The notes under the pieces were generated by a model. The model made no database searches and had not been told where the DNA came from. It saw only the letters and a list, made by a program, of their open reading frames with translations. Both the position numbers and the translations under genes were made by a program. A stretch of 64,000 nt of DNA, taken from an uncultured Muriicola sp. Lineage in GTDB: Bacteria; Bacteroidota; Bacteroidia; Flavobacteriales; Flavobacteriaceae. Positions within the stretch are counted from its first letter, which is position 1, and each line of letters starts with the position of its first letter. The stretch spans positions 58-64,057 of the forward strand of contig CBDTYM010000003.1 in the NCBI GenBank assembly GCA_965364605.1, given 5' to 3'. This document shows positions 47,255 through 56,710 of the stretch, piece after piece.

Positions 47255-48790
47255 ATGTTGACAAAGGTATACGGAAGTGCCGTATTTGGGATAGAGGCGA
47301 TGACTGTGGTCGTCGAGGTCAATATTGACAAAGGGATCGGCTACCACCTGGTAGGCCTTCCGGATAATGCGATCAAAGAAAGCAACCATCGGATTGCTGC
47401 AGCCCTCCTCAACAATGGTTACAGGGTTCCCGGGAAGAAGATCACCATCAATATGGCACCTGCCGGTTTGAGGAAGGAGGGTTCCGCCTACGATCTTCCT
47501 ATCGCCCTGGGAATCCTCATCGCTTCCGGTCAGATCAGGGCAGATTCCCTGGACCAGTACCTGATCATGGGGGAACTTTCCCTGGACGGTGGGCTTCAAC
47601 CGATCAAAGGGGCTCTTCCCATTGCAATTAAAGCCCTTGAAGAGGGCTATAAGGGGCTCATACTGCCAGGTGAAAATGCCAATGAAGCCGCCATTGTCGA
47701 AGGCCTGGAGGTGTACCGCGCGAAATCCCTCAAAGAGGTGGCCTCTTTTTTTGATGCAGGCATGACGCTGGAAAGAGTACAGGTAGATCCAAAGGATTTA
47801 TTCTGTGAGAACCAGGGTAGAGGAGAGGTGGATTTTGCAGATGTCAAAGGGCAGGAGGGGATCAAGCGCTGTATGGAGATCGCTGCAGCAGGCGGACACA
47901 ACATCATCATGATTGGGCCACCCGGGGCTGGTAAGACGATGCTCGCCAAACGACTTCCTACCATCCTGCCTCCAATGACCCTGGCCGAGGCCCTGGAAAC
48001 CACGAAGATCCATTCTGTGGTGGGCAACCTTTCAGATGCCGGCCTGATCCAGCAGCGCCCATTCCGCAGTCCCCACCACACGATCAGCGATGTGGCCCTC
48101 GTAGGAGGAGGCTCGTACCCCCAGCCCGGAGAAATCTCACTTTCCCATAACGGCGTATTATTCCTGGATGAACTGCCTCAGTTCAAGAGGAGTGTTCTCG
48201 AGGTACTGAGACAGCCCCTGGAAGACCGGGAGGTGACCATATCCCGTGCAAAATTCACCATAACCTATCCCAGCAGCTTTATTCTGGTCGCCAGTATGAA
48301 CCCCAGCCCTTCCGGATATTTCTATGATCCCCGAGCCCCCGTAAATTCATCTCCCGCAGAGATTCAGCGATACCTGGGCCGGATCAGCGGACCGCTGCTC
48401 GACAGGATCGACATCCATATCGAGGTAACGCCGGTTCCCTTTGACCAGCTCTCCGGGGAGCGGAAAGGAGAGACCAGCTCAGAGATCCGGAAACGGGTCA
48501 TCGCAGCCAGGGATCGGCAGATCGACCGCTTCGGCAAGGAATGCGGGCTGCATTACAACGCGCAGATGAACACCAAACAGATCCGGCAATACTGTGTGAT
48601 AGATAACCGTGCTGTGGAAATGCTCAAGCAGGCCATGCAAAAGTTAAGGCTGTCTGCAAGGGCCTATGATCGCATTCTGAAAGTCTCCAGGACCATCGCT
48701 GATATCGAAGGGGCCGCCAAAATTGAATCAGGGCACGTCCTGGAAGCCATCCAATACCGGAGTTTGGACAGGGAAGGATGGTTGGGATGA
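47255..48790 (+). CDS. comM: YifB/ComM-family Mg-chelatase-like AAA+ ATPase
   Basis: Lon-protease-like N-domain, Walker A GPPGAGKT, Walker B LFLDELPQF, and the C-terminal SARAYDRILKVSRTIADIEG. Confidence 0.93.
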   Translation: MLTKVYGSAVFGIEAMTVVVEVNIDKGIGYHLVGLPDNAIKESNHRIAAALLNNGYRVPGKKITINMAPAGLRKEGSAYDLPIALGILIASGQIRADSLDQYLIMGELSLDGGLQPIKGALPIAIKALEEGYKGLILPGENANEAAIVEGLEVYRAKSLKEVASFFDAGMTLERVQVDPKDLFCENQGRGEVDFADVKGQEGIKRCMEIAAAGGHNIIMIGPPGAGKTMLAKRLPTILPPMTLAEALETTKIHSVVGNLSDAGLIQQRPFRSPHHTISDVALVGGGSYPQPGEISLSHNGVLFLDELPQFKRSVLEVLRQPLEDREVTISRAKFTITYPSSFILVASMNPSPSGYFYDPRAPVNSSPAEIQRYLGRISGPLLDRIDIHIEVTPVPFDQLSGERKGETSSEIRKRVIAARDRQIDRFGKECGLHYNAQMNTKQIRQYCVIDNRAVEMLKQAMQKLRLSARAYDRILKVSRTIADIEGAAKIESGHVLEAIQYRSLDREGWLG

Positions 48791-48931
48791 ATCAAGGATG
48801 TATTACGATCATTGACATTTCTTAATCAACACGCAAATCACTCACACGAAGTGGACTACAGAGAAGACCAAATGCTTTTGCCGGAGAAAATTGAGTTCAT
48901 TTTTTTTGGAAGGATTGGATGTATACTTAAA

Positions 48932-51430
48932 CTACCCGCGGATATTGAACTGATATATTTTATTTTCAACCTGGCGTACTACCGGAAGGCCTTCGTCCGC
49001 ATTCTTCATCAATTTGAGAAAAGCCTTATAATAATGGATCGCTTCTTCGACCTGACCTCTGCTCTCATGGATTTCGGCAAGGCGCAAATGCCCGCTCAAA
49101 TATATTTGCTGTCCTTCAAAGCCTAATAATTTCTTATCTCTGATGATTTCCTCAAATAGAGTTTCAGCTTTTTCAGAACTTCTGTCCATTTGGAAATAGG
49201 CATTGGCTAATTGACCTTTGATGAGGTCCCCACCACCATATTTCATTGCAGCTTCAAAGAGTGCTATTCCCTCCTTCAGGCTGTCTGATGCAACCAGTAT
49301 ACTTCCTTCAAGTGCGGCTTCAATAGCTTTATCGTTATCGTTAACAGGGTTAATCCGGGACCGCAGTAACTGATTTATTTTTTTGGCCTTCTTCAGGTCA
49401 TTTTTCTGAATACATAAATTACCCCAGATCATCAGATAGTAAGGAGCCAAATAAGTGCTTTGACTTATTTTATCGATCTCTTCAAATTGTTGCTCTGCCC
49501 GAGCCAATGAGTCAGCCATCAAAAAGGTCGATGCCAGATACATTCTATCACGGGCGGTACTCAAATCATTGCCAATAATAGTTCTATATCCGATTCCTTC
49601 CTGAAAGTGACTAATGGCACTCTTTATTTTACCCTGGTACATCTTGAGCAAAGCGAGGGATCTGTGTCCTATTGCCTTATTTTCCCTGTCATTGCCTTGG
49701 AACATTAAATTAAAGTGTTGCTCAGCCCGTTCGATACTATCCAATTTGACTAAAAGGAACCCAAACATGTGATTTTGAGAGATCTTGTTTTCGGGCCAGA
49801 TGTCGAATGCTTTGATGTAAAAGTCATAAGATTTTTCAAACTCACACAGGCCATTATTATAAATTACCGCCGTATTGATCAACGACCAATCATCATTTGG
49901 AATGATCCGAAGCGCCTCTTTGTAGGACTCAATGGCCTTCGTGTATTCTCCGGTGTCCTTATAGCTGTTCCCTAAATTGTACCAGGCATCATGATCATCA
50001 GGGAAATTCAACAGGTATTCCTTCAGCGCGAGAATAGATTTATTGTCATCACCTCTATTTGAGGCAATTAAGGAGGTAAGCCATAATTTTTCTCTTTCCG
50101 TGACACTATTTATGTTCTGCTCTGCGCTTTTGTAATGAATCTCAGCTGCAGGACTATTTCCTTCGATGAAGCTATGGTACATGCCCATCATCACCCTGTT
50201 CCAGACGAAGGTTGAATCTAATTCGAAGGCTTTAAGATACTGTGCGTAGGCTTCCTCGTACTGCTGTTTGCTCCAGTAAATATTGCCATTGGTGAAGTGT
50301 TTCAGGGCATTTAGGGATGGAGTTGTCGCAGCAGGAAGGTATTTGCTATTTTGCAGCCTTGAAACTAAAGACTCTCCAAGTCCAATCCTTATCTTTTTAA
50401 CCAGTTGGTCAGTGGCGTCCAGCAGCTTTGTGCTATCTGAAGCTCTCACCGTGGTGCTGTATAAACTGACCTCAGTTTCCGGATGTATAATTTGTGCGGT
50501 CATCAGATAGGTGGAGCCTATTTCCCGTATTTGACCCTTCAGGATTACTTGTATGCCATCACGGATAGCAATTTCCTTTGCTGTCTCCATACCTACAGAA
50601 TCATTTGGCGACCTGCCCATGCGTTGCAATGTCTGACGTATCTGAGATTGAGGGAGAACATTTGTATACCCTGATTGCTGAATTCCTGCTTTGATGATCT
50701 GATCCAATGAAACGGACAAATATGGGTCATCCGTCTTGTTTTCCATAGGCATTAAGAGCACCCATCCACGATTATTGAAATAATCAGTACCGGAATCAAA
50801 TAGCGTGTATGCAGAAATTAGAATCAATAAGACTCCCAAAACGATTACGGATAAAATTTTAAAACCGAATTTAGGGATCGATCTCACCCGGGTTTGTTTT
50901 TCTTCTTTATTCCCGGAAGGTATTTCGGTACGAGGAAGTGTCTCGCATCGCACACTATATATCTTGACTGAATCATCTATATTTTTAAAGTATTTTTCCT
51001 CAATGAATTCGGCTTGTATATCCTTCTTGTTCTTTATATCGCGGAAAACAGCTCCTGTGATCAATATACCTCCCTTTTCAGCTGAGGCCTGCAAACGGGA
51101 GGCGAGATTGACTCCGTCACCAAATACATCTGTATCCTCAAAAACAACTTCCCCTTGGTGAATTCCTATGCGTAAGGGGATCTTCTTTTTGCGACAGGCA
51201 ATCTGTATTTCTATCGAGCATCTCACGGCATCTGAACTTAATTTAAAGCTCATTAACATCCCGTCTCCAATCTCCTTGATCAGTTCTCCATTGTATTTCT
51301 GAAGTGAATACACATGTATTTCCCTATTCTTCTCGAGCATTTCAAATGCAAGTGCCTCATCAGATCCCATCAAGGCAGTGTAGCCTACAATGTCTGAAAA
51401 AACGATCGCCGATAATCGGTGTTCCTGCAT
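48932..51430 (-). CDS. Membrane-anchored class III adenylate/guanylate cyclase fused to a TolB-N-like segment and TPR repeats
   Basis: Cyclase motifs AIVFSDIVGYT, LIKEIGDGMLMSF, RIGIHQGEVV and FGDGVNLASRLQ. One TM helix ILSVIVLGVLLILISAYTLF, then LLMPMENKTDDPYL..., then many TPR-like repeats. ATG at 51430 is preferred over TTG at 51472. Confidence 0.85.
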   Translation of the reverse strand: MQEHRLSAIVFSDIVGYTALMGSDEALAFEMLEKNREIHVYSLQKYNGELIKEIGDGMLMSFKLSSDAVRCSIEIQIACRKKKIPLRIGIHQGEVVFEDTDVFGDGVNLASRLQASAEKGGILITGAVFRDIKNKKDIQAEFIEEKYFKNIDDSVKIYSVRCETLPRTEIPSGNKEEKQTRVRSIPKFGFKILSVIVLGVLLILISAYTLFDSGTDYFNNRGWVLLMPMENKTDDPYLSVSLDQIIKAGIQQSGYTNVLPQSQIRQTLQRMGRSPNDSVGMETAKEIAIRDGIQVILKGQIREIGSTYLMTAQIIHPETEVSLYSTTVRASDSTKLLDATDQLVKKIRIGLGESLVSRLQNSKYLPAATTPSLNALKHFTNGNIYWSKQQYEEAYAQYLKAFELDSTFVWNRVMMGMYHSFIEGNSPAAEIHYKSAEQNINSVTEREKLWLTSLIASNRGDDNKSILALKEYLLNFPDDHDAWYNLGNSYKDTGEYTKAIESYKEALRIIPNDDWSLINTAVIYNNGLCEFEKSYDFYIKAFDIWPENKISQNHMFGFLLVKLDSIERAEQHFNLMFQGNDRENKAIGHRSLALLKMYQGKIKSAISHFQEGIGYRTIIGNDLSTARDRMYLASTFLMADSLARAEQQFEEIDKISQSTYLAPYYLMIWGNLCIQKNDLKKAKKINQLLRSRINPVNDNDKAIEAALEGSILVASDSLKEGIALFEAAMKYGGGDLIKGQLANAYFQMDRSSEKAETLFEEIIRDKKLLGFEGQQIYLSGHLRLAEIHESRGQVEEAIHYYKAFLKLMKNADEGLPVVRQVENKIYQFNIRG

Positions 51431-51772
51431 GATCTTGCGATGTTTAAGTACAAAGGTTGTCGATGACCCCAATACAATAGATAATGATCAAAGCTAAAAT
51501 TTACGTCACACCACTTGGCGGGACAATGATTTTTATCAGGATTTGGGATTAGCTCCAGGGGCCGGAAACACGAGATCTTTTGAGATTCAATGACTTATGT
51601 AGACTTTGCAGAGTTATGACTTGCCCTCAACCAAACCGGGTGATCCCTATCTTCCATGTGATAAGGCTTGCCCTCCCATCATTGACGCCAATAAATATAC
51701 AGGGGCCTTCCAGGTCGGGATAGGTACATGAGAAAGGGAAGGGGTAAGATGGCTAAGTGAAATTGCCTGAGG

Positions 51773-52558
51773 TTACAGGATCACCGTATTGTTGAGCCAA
51801 TGTTGTAAGAGAACCTCGTTGTGGGAGATATCGACCAGGTGGAATTTGGTAAATCTTTTAAAGACCTCTGAATCCTGAAGGGGTTCCATACATACTGATC
51901 TGGGAGCGAGATAGTTGGAATGGATCAGGAACAGCTTTCCCTCTCTTTTCAGGAGGTAGCCCACATGCCCCGTGTCAAAACCGATGAAATGCAGTCCTTC
52001 CTTAGTAAGCCGGTCAATTTTCTCTAAAGCCATGTCCGGACTTTCCTCGACGACCTGTGAAATGGTATTCCCGCAACTGATCACGGAGGCTTCGTCTACA
52101 GGCGACTTCTGGGCCAATCTGTATCGGTTTAGCCTCAATCCCATGTCCCTCAGGGTAGTGGAAATAAAATACCCACAGGCAATTTTTCCCTGATTGGGTT
52201 CCGCCGTATGACCCCCAAAACTCCAGGGGGTGCCGTACCAATGGGGAATTATCCTGTCTACCAAATGGGTGGTGAATACACTCTTTACACTGTCTATAGA
52301 GATACGGCCCGCTCTTAGTTGAGAAACCAGGCTTTCCCGCAGAACACTTATATCTGCTTTGGTGGCAGCATAGGAGACCAAAGTGTCTGAGGCCGACCGG
52401 TGACTAAGGCTTAGATCGTTATTGACCTCTGCGCCACGAAGGTCAGAAACTGTGGATTCCTCCAAAAAGAAATCCCCTTTCAAAGGCATTTCAGCACTCA
52501 TTCCTAAAATGAAAAGAGCGGAAATTAACAGAGACTTGCTATTTATGATTTGATCCAT
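51773..52558 (-). CDS. Exported hypothetical protein with NlpC/P60-like (papain-fold) Cys...His...His motif order
   Basis: Signal peptide MDQIINSKSLLISALFILGMSAE. Candidate nucleophile GKIACGYFISTTL, then LHFIGFDTGHVGYLLK and FLIHSNY. The family assignment is by motif only. Confidence 0.5.
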   Translation of the reverse strand: MDQIINSKSLLISALFILGMSAEMPLKGDFFLEESTVSDLRGAEVNNDLSLSHRSASDTLVSYAATKADISVLRESLVSQLRAGRISIDSVKSVFTTHLVDRIIPHWYGTPWSFGGHTAEPNQGKIACGYFISTTLRDMGLRLNRYRLAQKSPVDEASVISCGNTISQVVEESPDMALEKIDRLTKEGLHFIGFDTGHVGYLLKREGKLFLIHSNYLAPRSVCMEPLQDSEVFKRFTKFHLVDISHNEVLLQHWLNNTVIL

Positions 52559-52632
52559 AGCTTTTTAACTAAACGGGATAATCCCAAATGGATTTTGTGG
52601 AAAACGTTAAAATTTATAGAAAAGACTTTGTG

Positions 52633-53592
52633 TCAAATTGAAAGGTTTACGGCCCACCACACCTCATAGTCACGTGGAAGCAGGGGGCGATAGCTCTGAT
52701 ACCCCTGATCTGCGATGCGTATCCCTGTAATGTTATTCTTTTCGTCCCTGACATAGCCCACAAAAATAAAGGAATGACCAAAGGGATCAAAGTCCTCTGT
52801 TCTTTCTCCTTTTACGACCAGTTCGTAATCGTCTCTGTGCTTCCAGACTTGCATGGGTGCACCCGGTCTCAACTTGCCACTCCATATTCCAAACCAATCG
52901 ACCAGTGTACCCATCCCTGCGAATGCAAGGGCCCCGGCATTGCCTTTACCCCTATACTGAACCGGCAGGCTTTGCCAACCCTCGTGAGCGCCTGAAGTCG
53001 AGAAATAAAGAAAATCGAAGACCTCCCTGGGGGAATACGATGCCCTTGCCATACTATCGGGCAGATCTTTGTAGAAGGAGTGGCCATAGATATCCTCGTA
53101 GGCCTTTTCAAAACGCCTTTTGCTGACATGAAGGCAATGCCCTCCCGGCTCCTTGTTTTTACTTTGGAAATAATTCTCGACAATCTGATTCGCTACGGCG
53201 CTCCCCGAACTACTTTCTGTTCCGCTATCAAGACCTTGATCCAGGGATTTTTCTTTCTCATCACCATTAGAGTTAAGTAAAGCATCATCAATTTCCTTGA
53301 GCAGGGGTGCATCTTCTTTGATCTGGGAAGAAATACTCATATGATCATCAATGGTAACAATCTCTGAGAACCCCCCCGAATCGAATTGATCTTCAAAAAC
53401 AGAATCCTTTTCGTTTTGTATAGTTTTCACGGATTCCCTGTTGCCCTGGATCTGCTTTGAGGCTGTGCAACCACAGATCAGGAAGATGCATAGAAAAAGG
53501 AGTACAGAGCTGGAAAATGTCCTTCCTTCAGAGCCTGTATACATTTCCCCCTTTGAACACATGTATTGCCTTAAATATTGAAATTGGATCAA
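52633..53592 (-). CDS. Hypothetical lipoprotein with C-terminal NlpC/P60- or CHAP-like Cys...His motif order
   Basis: Lipobox LFLCIFLICGC and an acidic, Ser-rich linker. Candidate nucleophile GGHCLHVS, then LRPGAPMQVW, FGHSFIFVGY and IRIADQG. The start is uncertain (Met codons at 53592, 53562 and 53544). Confidence 0.5.
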   Translation of the reverse strand: MIQFQYLRQYMCSKGEMYTGSEGRTFSSSVLLFLCIFLICGCTASKQIQGNRESVKTIQNEKDSVFEDQFDSGGFSEIVTIDDHMSISSQIKEDAPLLKEIDDALLNSNGDEKEKSLDQGLDSGTESSSGSAVANQIVENYFQSKNKEPGGHCLHVSKRRFEKAYEDIYGHSFYKDLPDSMARASYSPREVFDFLYFSTSGAHEGWQSLPVQYRGKGNAGALAFAGMGTLVDWFGIWSGKLRPGAPMQVWKHRDDYELVVKGERTEDFDPFGHSFIFVGYVRDEKNNITGIRIADQGYQSYRPLLPRDYEVWWAVNLSI

Positions 53593-53956
53593 CCACTTAA
53601 AATACCATTCTAAATCCCCAAAACTTCAGGGATTACAGAACGTTTCAAAGGTAGCAAAAAAAGGTACTTTCAGGTCGTTGAATGTTGATGGGCAGTCGGG
53701 GATCGGGTATTTTTTCTATCCTTGTGATTTATGGTGATTGCGCAGTGGCAGTCTCTGCTTATTTGGAGTTGTTTTTTGAAGAAGGGAATCGTATTATTGA
53801 TCTCAATGAGGATCAGGGATACAGGTTATTGGGCCGGGATCGCTCTAAAATGCAATAAATCAGTTCCTTTTGTATACTATTTAGGCTAAAATCAGGTTAT
53901 TATCAGGAATACTTTCTCAGTGATGCTTTCTATTAAAATGCCGCAAGATTTTATTT

Positions 53957-55246
53957 ATGAGTCGTTTTAAGATAAATCTGCAGATTTTCCTGCCACTTTT
54001 CCTCTTTTTAGGTCTTATCCAGAGTTTTACCAATCCAGTTGGCGCGCCGGAAGAGAAAAGCACGACATCTTTGATCCTGCCGGAAGATAAATTGGAAAAA
54101 AGGGAAGTGTTCACTCTCTACAGGCAGCAGCAAACTGAATTGCAGGCGGCAGTGAGCGATTATTTTGAAAGAGCCCTGGCTTCAGGAGCCCTTGTCGGCG
54201 TTGGTGTCAGCATTGTTTCAGGAGATTCGATCATCCTTGCGGAAGGATACGGGAAGCGCGATGTCGGCAGTGCAGAGGAAATTGACGCCGAGACGATCTT
54301 CAGGCTTGGATCTCTTTCCAAGGGATTTACAGGTGTCCTGGCCGCACAGGTGGTTCAGGAAGGCAAAATAACCCTGCAGGACAAGGTAAAGGACTATTTT
54401 CCGGCTTTTAAGCTCGGAGACCCTTCAAACACGGATCGAATCACCCTCCGGAATCTACTGTCGCATACCTCCGGGGCGCCATACCACAGTTATACTAATC
54501 TTGTGGAAGCAGGATTGCCCATGGAGAAGATCCTCGGAAAATTTGCCGAAGTACAGCCGGTCAGTAAGCCCGGGAGCATGTATAGTTATCAGAATGCCCT
54601 GTTTGCCCTTTCAGGGGATATGATCGGCCTAGCTACAGGAGAGGAGATCACCTCCGCCCTTAAGAATCGCTTTTTTGACTGCCTGGGGATGTCCACTGCC
54701 ATCACGGACCATGCCGGTATGATACAGGCAAAAAACGTGGCCCTGCCACACGTCAGGTCTTACGGCAGATGGAGATCCAGAAAACTCAACGACCATTATT
54801 ACAATGCCCTCGGAGCCGGAGGCATTAATGCAAGCGCCCTGGACATGGCTAAATGGATGCGATTCTTGCTGGGTCACAATCCCGAGGTCATGGATGCTTA
54901 CGCCCTCGAGGAAGTGTTCAAACCTGTGGTGGAGATCAAAGGGCGAAGTAAGTATTATCAGCGCTGGCCTGGCCATGTCTCATCTCATTACGGACTGGGG
55001 TGGCGAATTCACAAATTCCGGGAAAATCAGACAGAAGAAGAACATACGATCTGGCACCATGGGGGAAGCGTTAATCAGTTTAGAAACGAGATCGCCCTTT
55101 TTCCAGATGCAGATATTGGTATCTGTGTTTTGGTGAACAGTCATACCAGACTGGCCCAAAAGGTAATTCCCGATCTCTACGATATCGTAAAGGAAGTACT
55201 CCAGAGACCTCATTTGGAGACTGCTGCTGTCTACATCCCTGAATAA
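53957..55246 (+). CDS. Exported beta-lactamase-fold serine hydrolase (class C/PBP-related)
   Basis: Signal peptide. SxxK motif in FRLGSLSKGFTG, YxN in YSYQN, and HGG in WHHGGSVNQF in place of KTG. Confidence 0.85.
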   Translation: MSRFKINLQIFLPLFLFLGLIQSFTNPVGAPEEKSTTSLILPEDKLEKREVFTLYRQQQTELQAAVSDYFERALASGALVGVGVSIVSGDSIILAEGYGKRDVGSAEEIDAETIFRLGSLSKGFTGVLAAQVVQEGKITLQDKVKDYFPAFKLGDPSNTDRITLRNLLSHTSGAPYHSYTNLVEAGLPMEKILGKFAEVQPVSKPGSMYSYQNALFALSGDMIGLATGEEITSALKNRFFDCLGMSTAITDHAGMIQAKNVALPHVRSYGRWRSRKLNDHYYNALGAGGINASALDMAKWMRFLLGHNPEVMDAYALEEVFKPVVEIKGRSKYYQRWPGHVSSHYGLGWRIHKFRENQTEEEHTIWHHGGSVNQFRNEIALFPDADIGICVLVNSHTRLAQKVIPDLYDIVKEVLQRPHLETAAVYIPE

Positions 55247-55306
55247 GCAGAATCTGGCGTGGGTTCCATGAAGTTTTTCAATCTATCGTTTTCAAAGGGT
55301 CCCTTC

Positions 55307-56533
55307 TTAGAGGGCATTTTCCAATCCCTTGATCAGTTGCTCAATTTCCTCCATTTGGGTGTAGTGTAAGAAAGATATTCGGATGACTCCCGGCGGATTG
55401 GGGATCTTCATATCCATAATGGGTCTCAGAGCGTAGAAGTCTCCTTTTCCTAACATCAGCTTGTGTTTTGTCAGGGTTTCGTAGACCGTGTCGATATCTT
55501 TCTTCAAAGGCCTGATGGAGACCGTTGGAGCCCGATGGGATAAAGAATCCGGACCCACGATTTGGACATCATCCCTGGACCGAAGGAAGTCCAGAAGTGG
55601 GTTCAAGAGCTTTTGCTCGTGGTCCCTGAATAGGTTACCCAGGAAGGTATTCCTCAAATGAGGTGGAGCCGATTTTCTGAAATGGTGATCGTACACCGTG
55701 TCAAAGTAATCTAGGATACCGCTGACTGCTCCGATCTGCGCATGGTCAGGGCCAGCCGGGGTAATCATACTTCGGGTGATCCCCTCTTTGAAGAAATGGC
55801 TTTGGTTCTCCATTTTACCGATCAGGGATTTTTTAACATACATTAGGCCAAGATGGGGACCAAAGGTCTTATAGAGGGAAAACATATAAATATCGGCGCC
55901 TAAGGTGCTGAGGTCGGGAAAACCATGCGGGGCTGCTGCTACCCCGTCCACGACACAGACCACTCCTTTCTTCCGGACCTTCTCGCTGATCTCACGAACA
56001 GGGTTGAAATATCCTATGAGGTTAGAACAATGGGGGAACGCGACCATGCGTGTACGGTCTGATAGCAGAGCCTCAAGGGCATCAGGGTTGAGCATCCCGG
56101 TCTTTTTATCCACGTGCCATTCCACCACTTTCAAGCCCCTTTTACCCAACCTGCGCCAGGCCCCAGCATTGGCTTCGTGGTCCTGACAAGAGACAATGAT
56201 TTCATCTCCCTCTTGCCACATGGGTCGCATGGCATTAGCGAGGACATAGACATTCTGAGTGGTAGAGGGACCAAAATGCACCTCTTCCGGACTTACATTA
56301 AGATATGCTGCCATCCTGGAATAAGAGGCATCCATCATTTCCCCAGCCGTCATGGAGGCGGGATAGGGATAATAGGGCTGCACCTTGTTTTTTACGTAAA
56401 AAGAGGTCAGCTTATCTATGAACTGCCTGCAGGGGTAGGATCCCCCGGCATTCTCGAAGAAGGCCCAGCCCTGAAGATCGGGTTCTGAGAAGGCAGGAAA
56501 CTGTTTGCGGATAAAAGGGAGGTCGAGTTCCAT
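55307..56533 (-). CDS. Aminotransferase class V-fold PLP-dependent enzyme (cysteine desulfurase-like)
   Basis: FENAGGSYP, SCQDHEAN, CVVDGVAAAPH, and the PLP-Lys context FSLYKTFGPH. Confidence 0.82.
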   Translation of the reverse strand: MELDLPFIRKQFPAFSEPDLQGWAFFENAGGSYPCRQFIDKLTSFYVKNKVQPYYPYPASMTAGEMMDASYSRMAAYLNVSPEEVHFGPSTTQNVYVLANAMRPMWQEGDEIIVSCQDHEANAGAWRRLGKRGLKVVEWHVDKKTGMLNPDALEALLSDRTRMVAFPHCSNLIGYFNPVREISEKVRKKGVVCVVDGVAAAPHGFPDLSTLGADIYMFSLYKTFGPHLGLMYVKKSLIGKMENQSHFFKEGITRSMITPAGPDHAQIGAVSGILDYFDTVYDHHFRKSAPPHLRNTFLGNLFRDHEQKLLNPLLDFLRSRDDVQIVGPDSLSHRAPTVSIRPLKKDIDTVYETLTKHKLMLGKGDFYALRPIMDMKIPNPPGVIRISFLHYTQMEEIEQLIKGLENAL

Positions 56534-56675
56534 AGGATGTTTCGTTAGCTCTCCCTAAGGTACAGAATTACCGGGTTAAATACAGACTTACGGCGTATGG
56601 TTGCCGGGGGAAACGGTTTTTTGAAAATAGATACCGAGGGAGATGGAAGAAAGACAGATGCTCTGTACAAAGTTG

Positions 56676-56683
56676 TACTTTTG
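56676..56683 (+). promoter_or_regulatory. Bacteroidota -7 box candidate (TACTTTTG = TAnnTTTG)
   Basis: Exact motif 27 nt upstream of ATG 56711. This supports the shorter DUF2721 start over 56597. Confidence 0.3.
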
Positions 56684-56710
56684 TCCTCCAGGAAAAACAA
56701 AAAATTACTG

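Noticed and set aside
48812-49126. 104-aa ORF on the + strand
   Set aside because: It overlaps the 3' end of the cyclase-TPR gene on the opposite strand and is AT-rich and low-complexity. The TPR reading on the - strand is far more convincing.
48932-53592. Pycsar-like antiphage system (class III cyclase plus effector)
   Set aside because: The cyclase is a large membrane TPR fusion, not a compact cytosolic PycC-like enzyme. The neighbouring genes are exported Cys-His proteins with no cNMP-binding, TIR or pore-forming TM effector domain that I can see.
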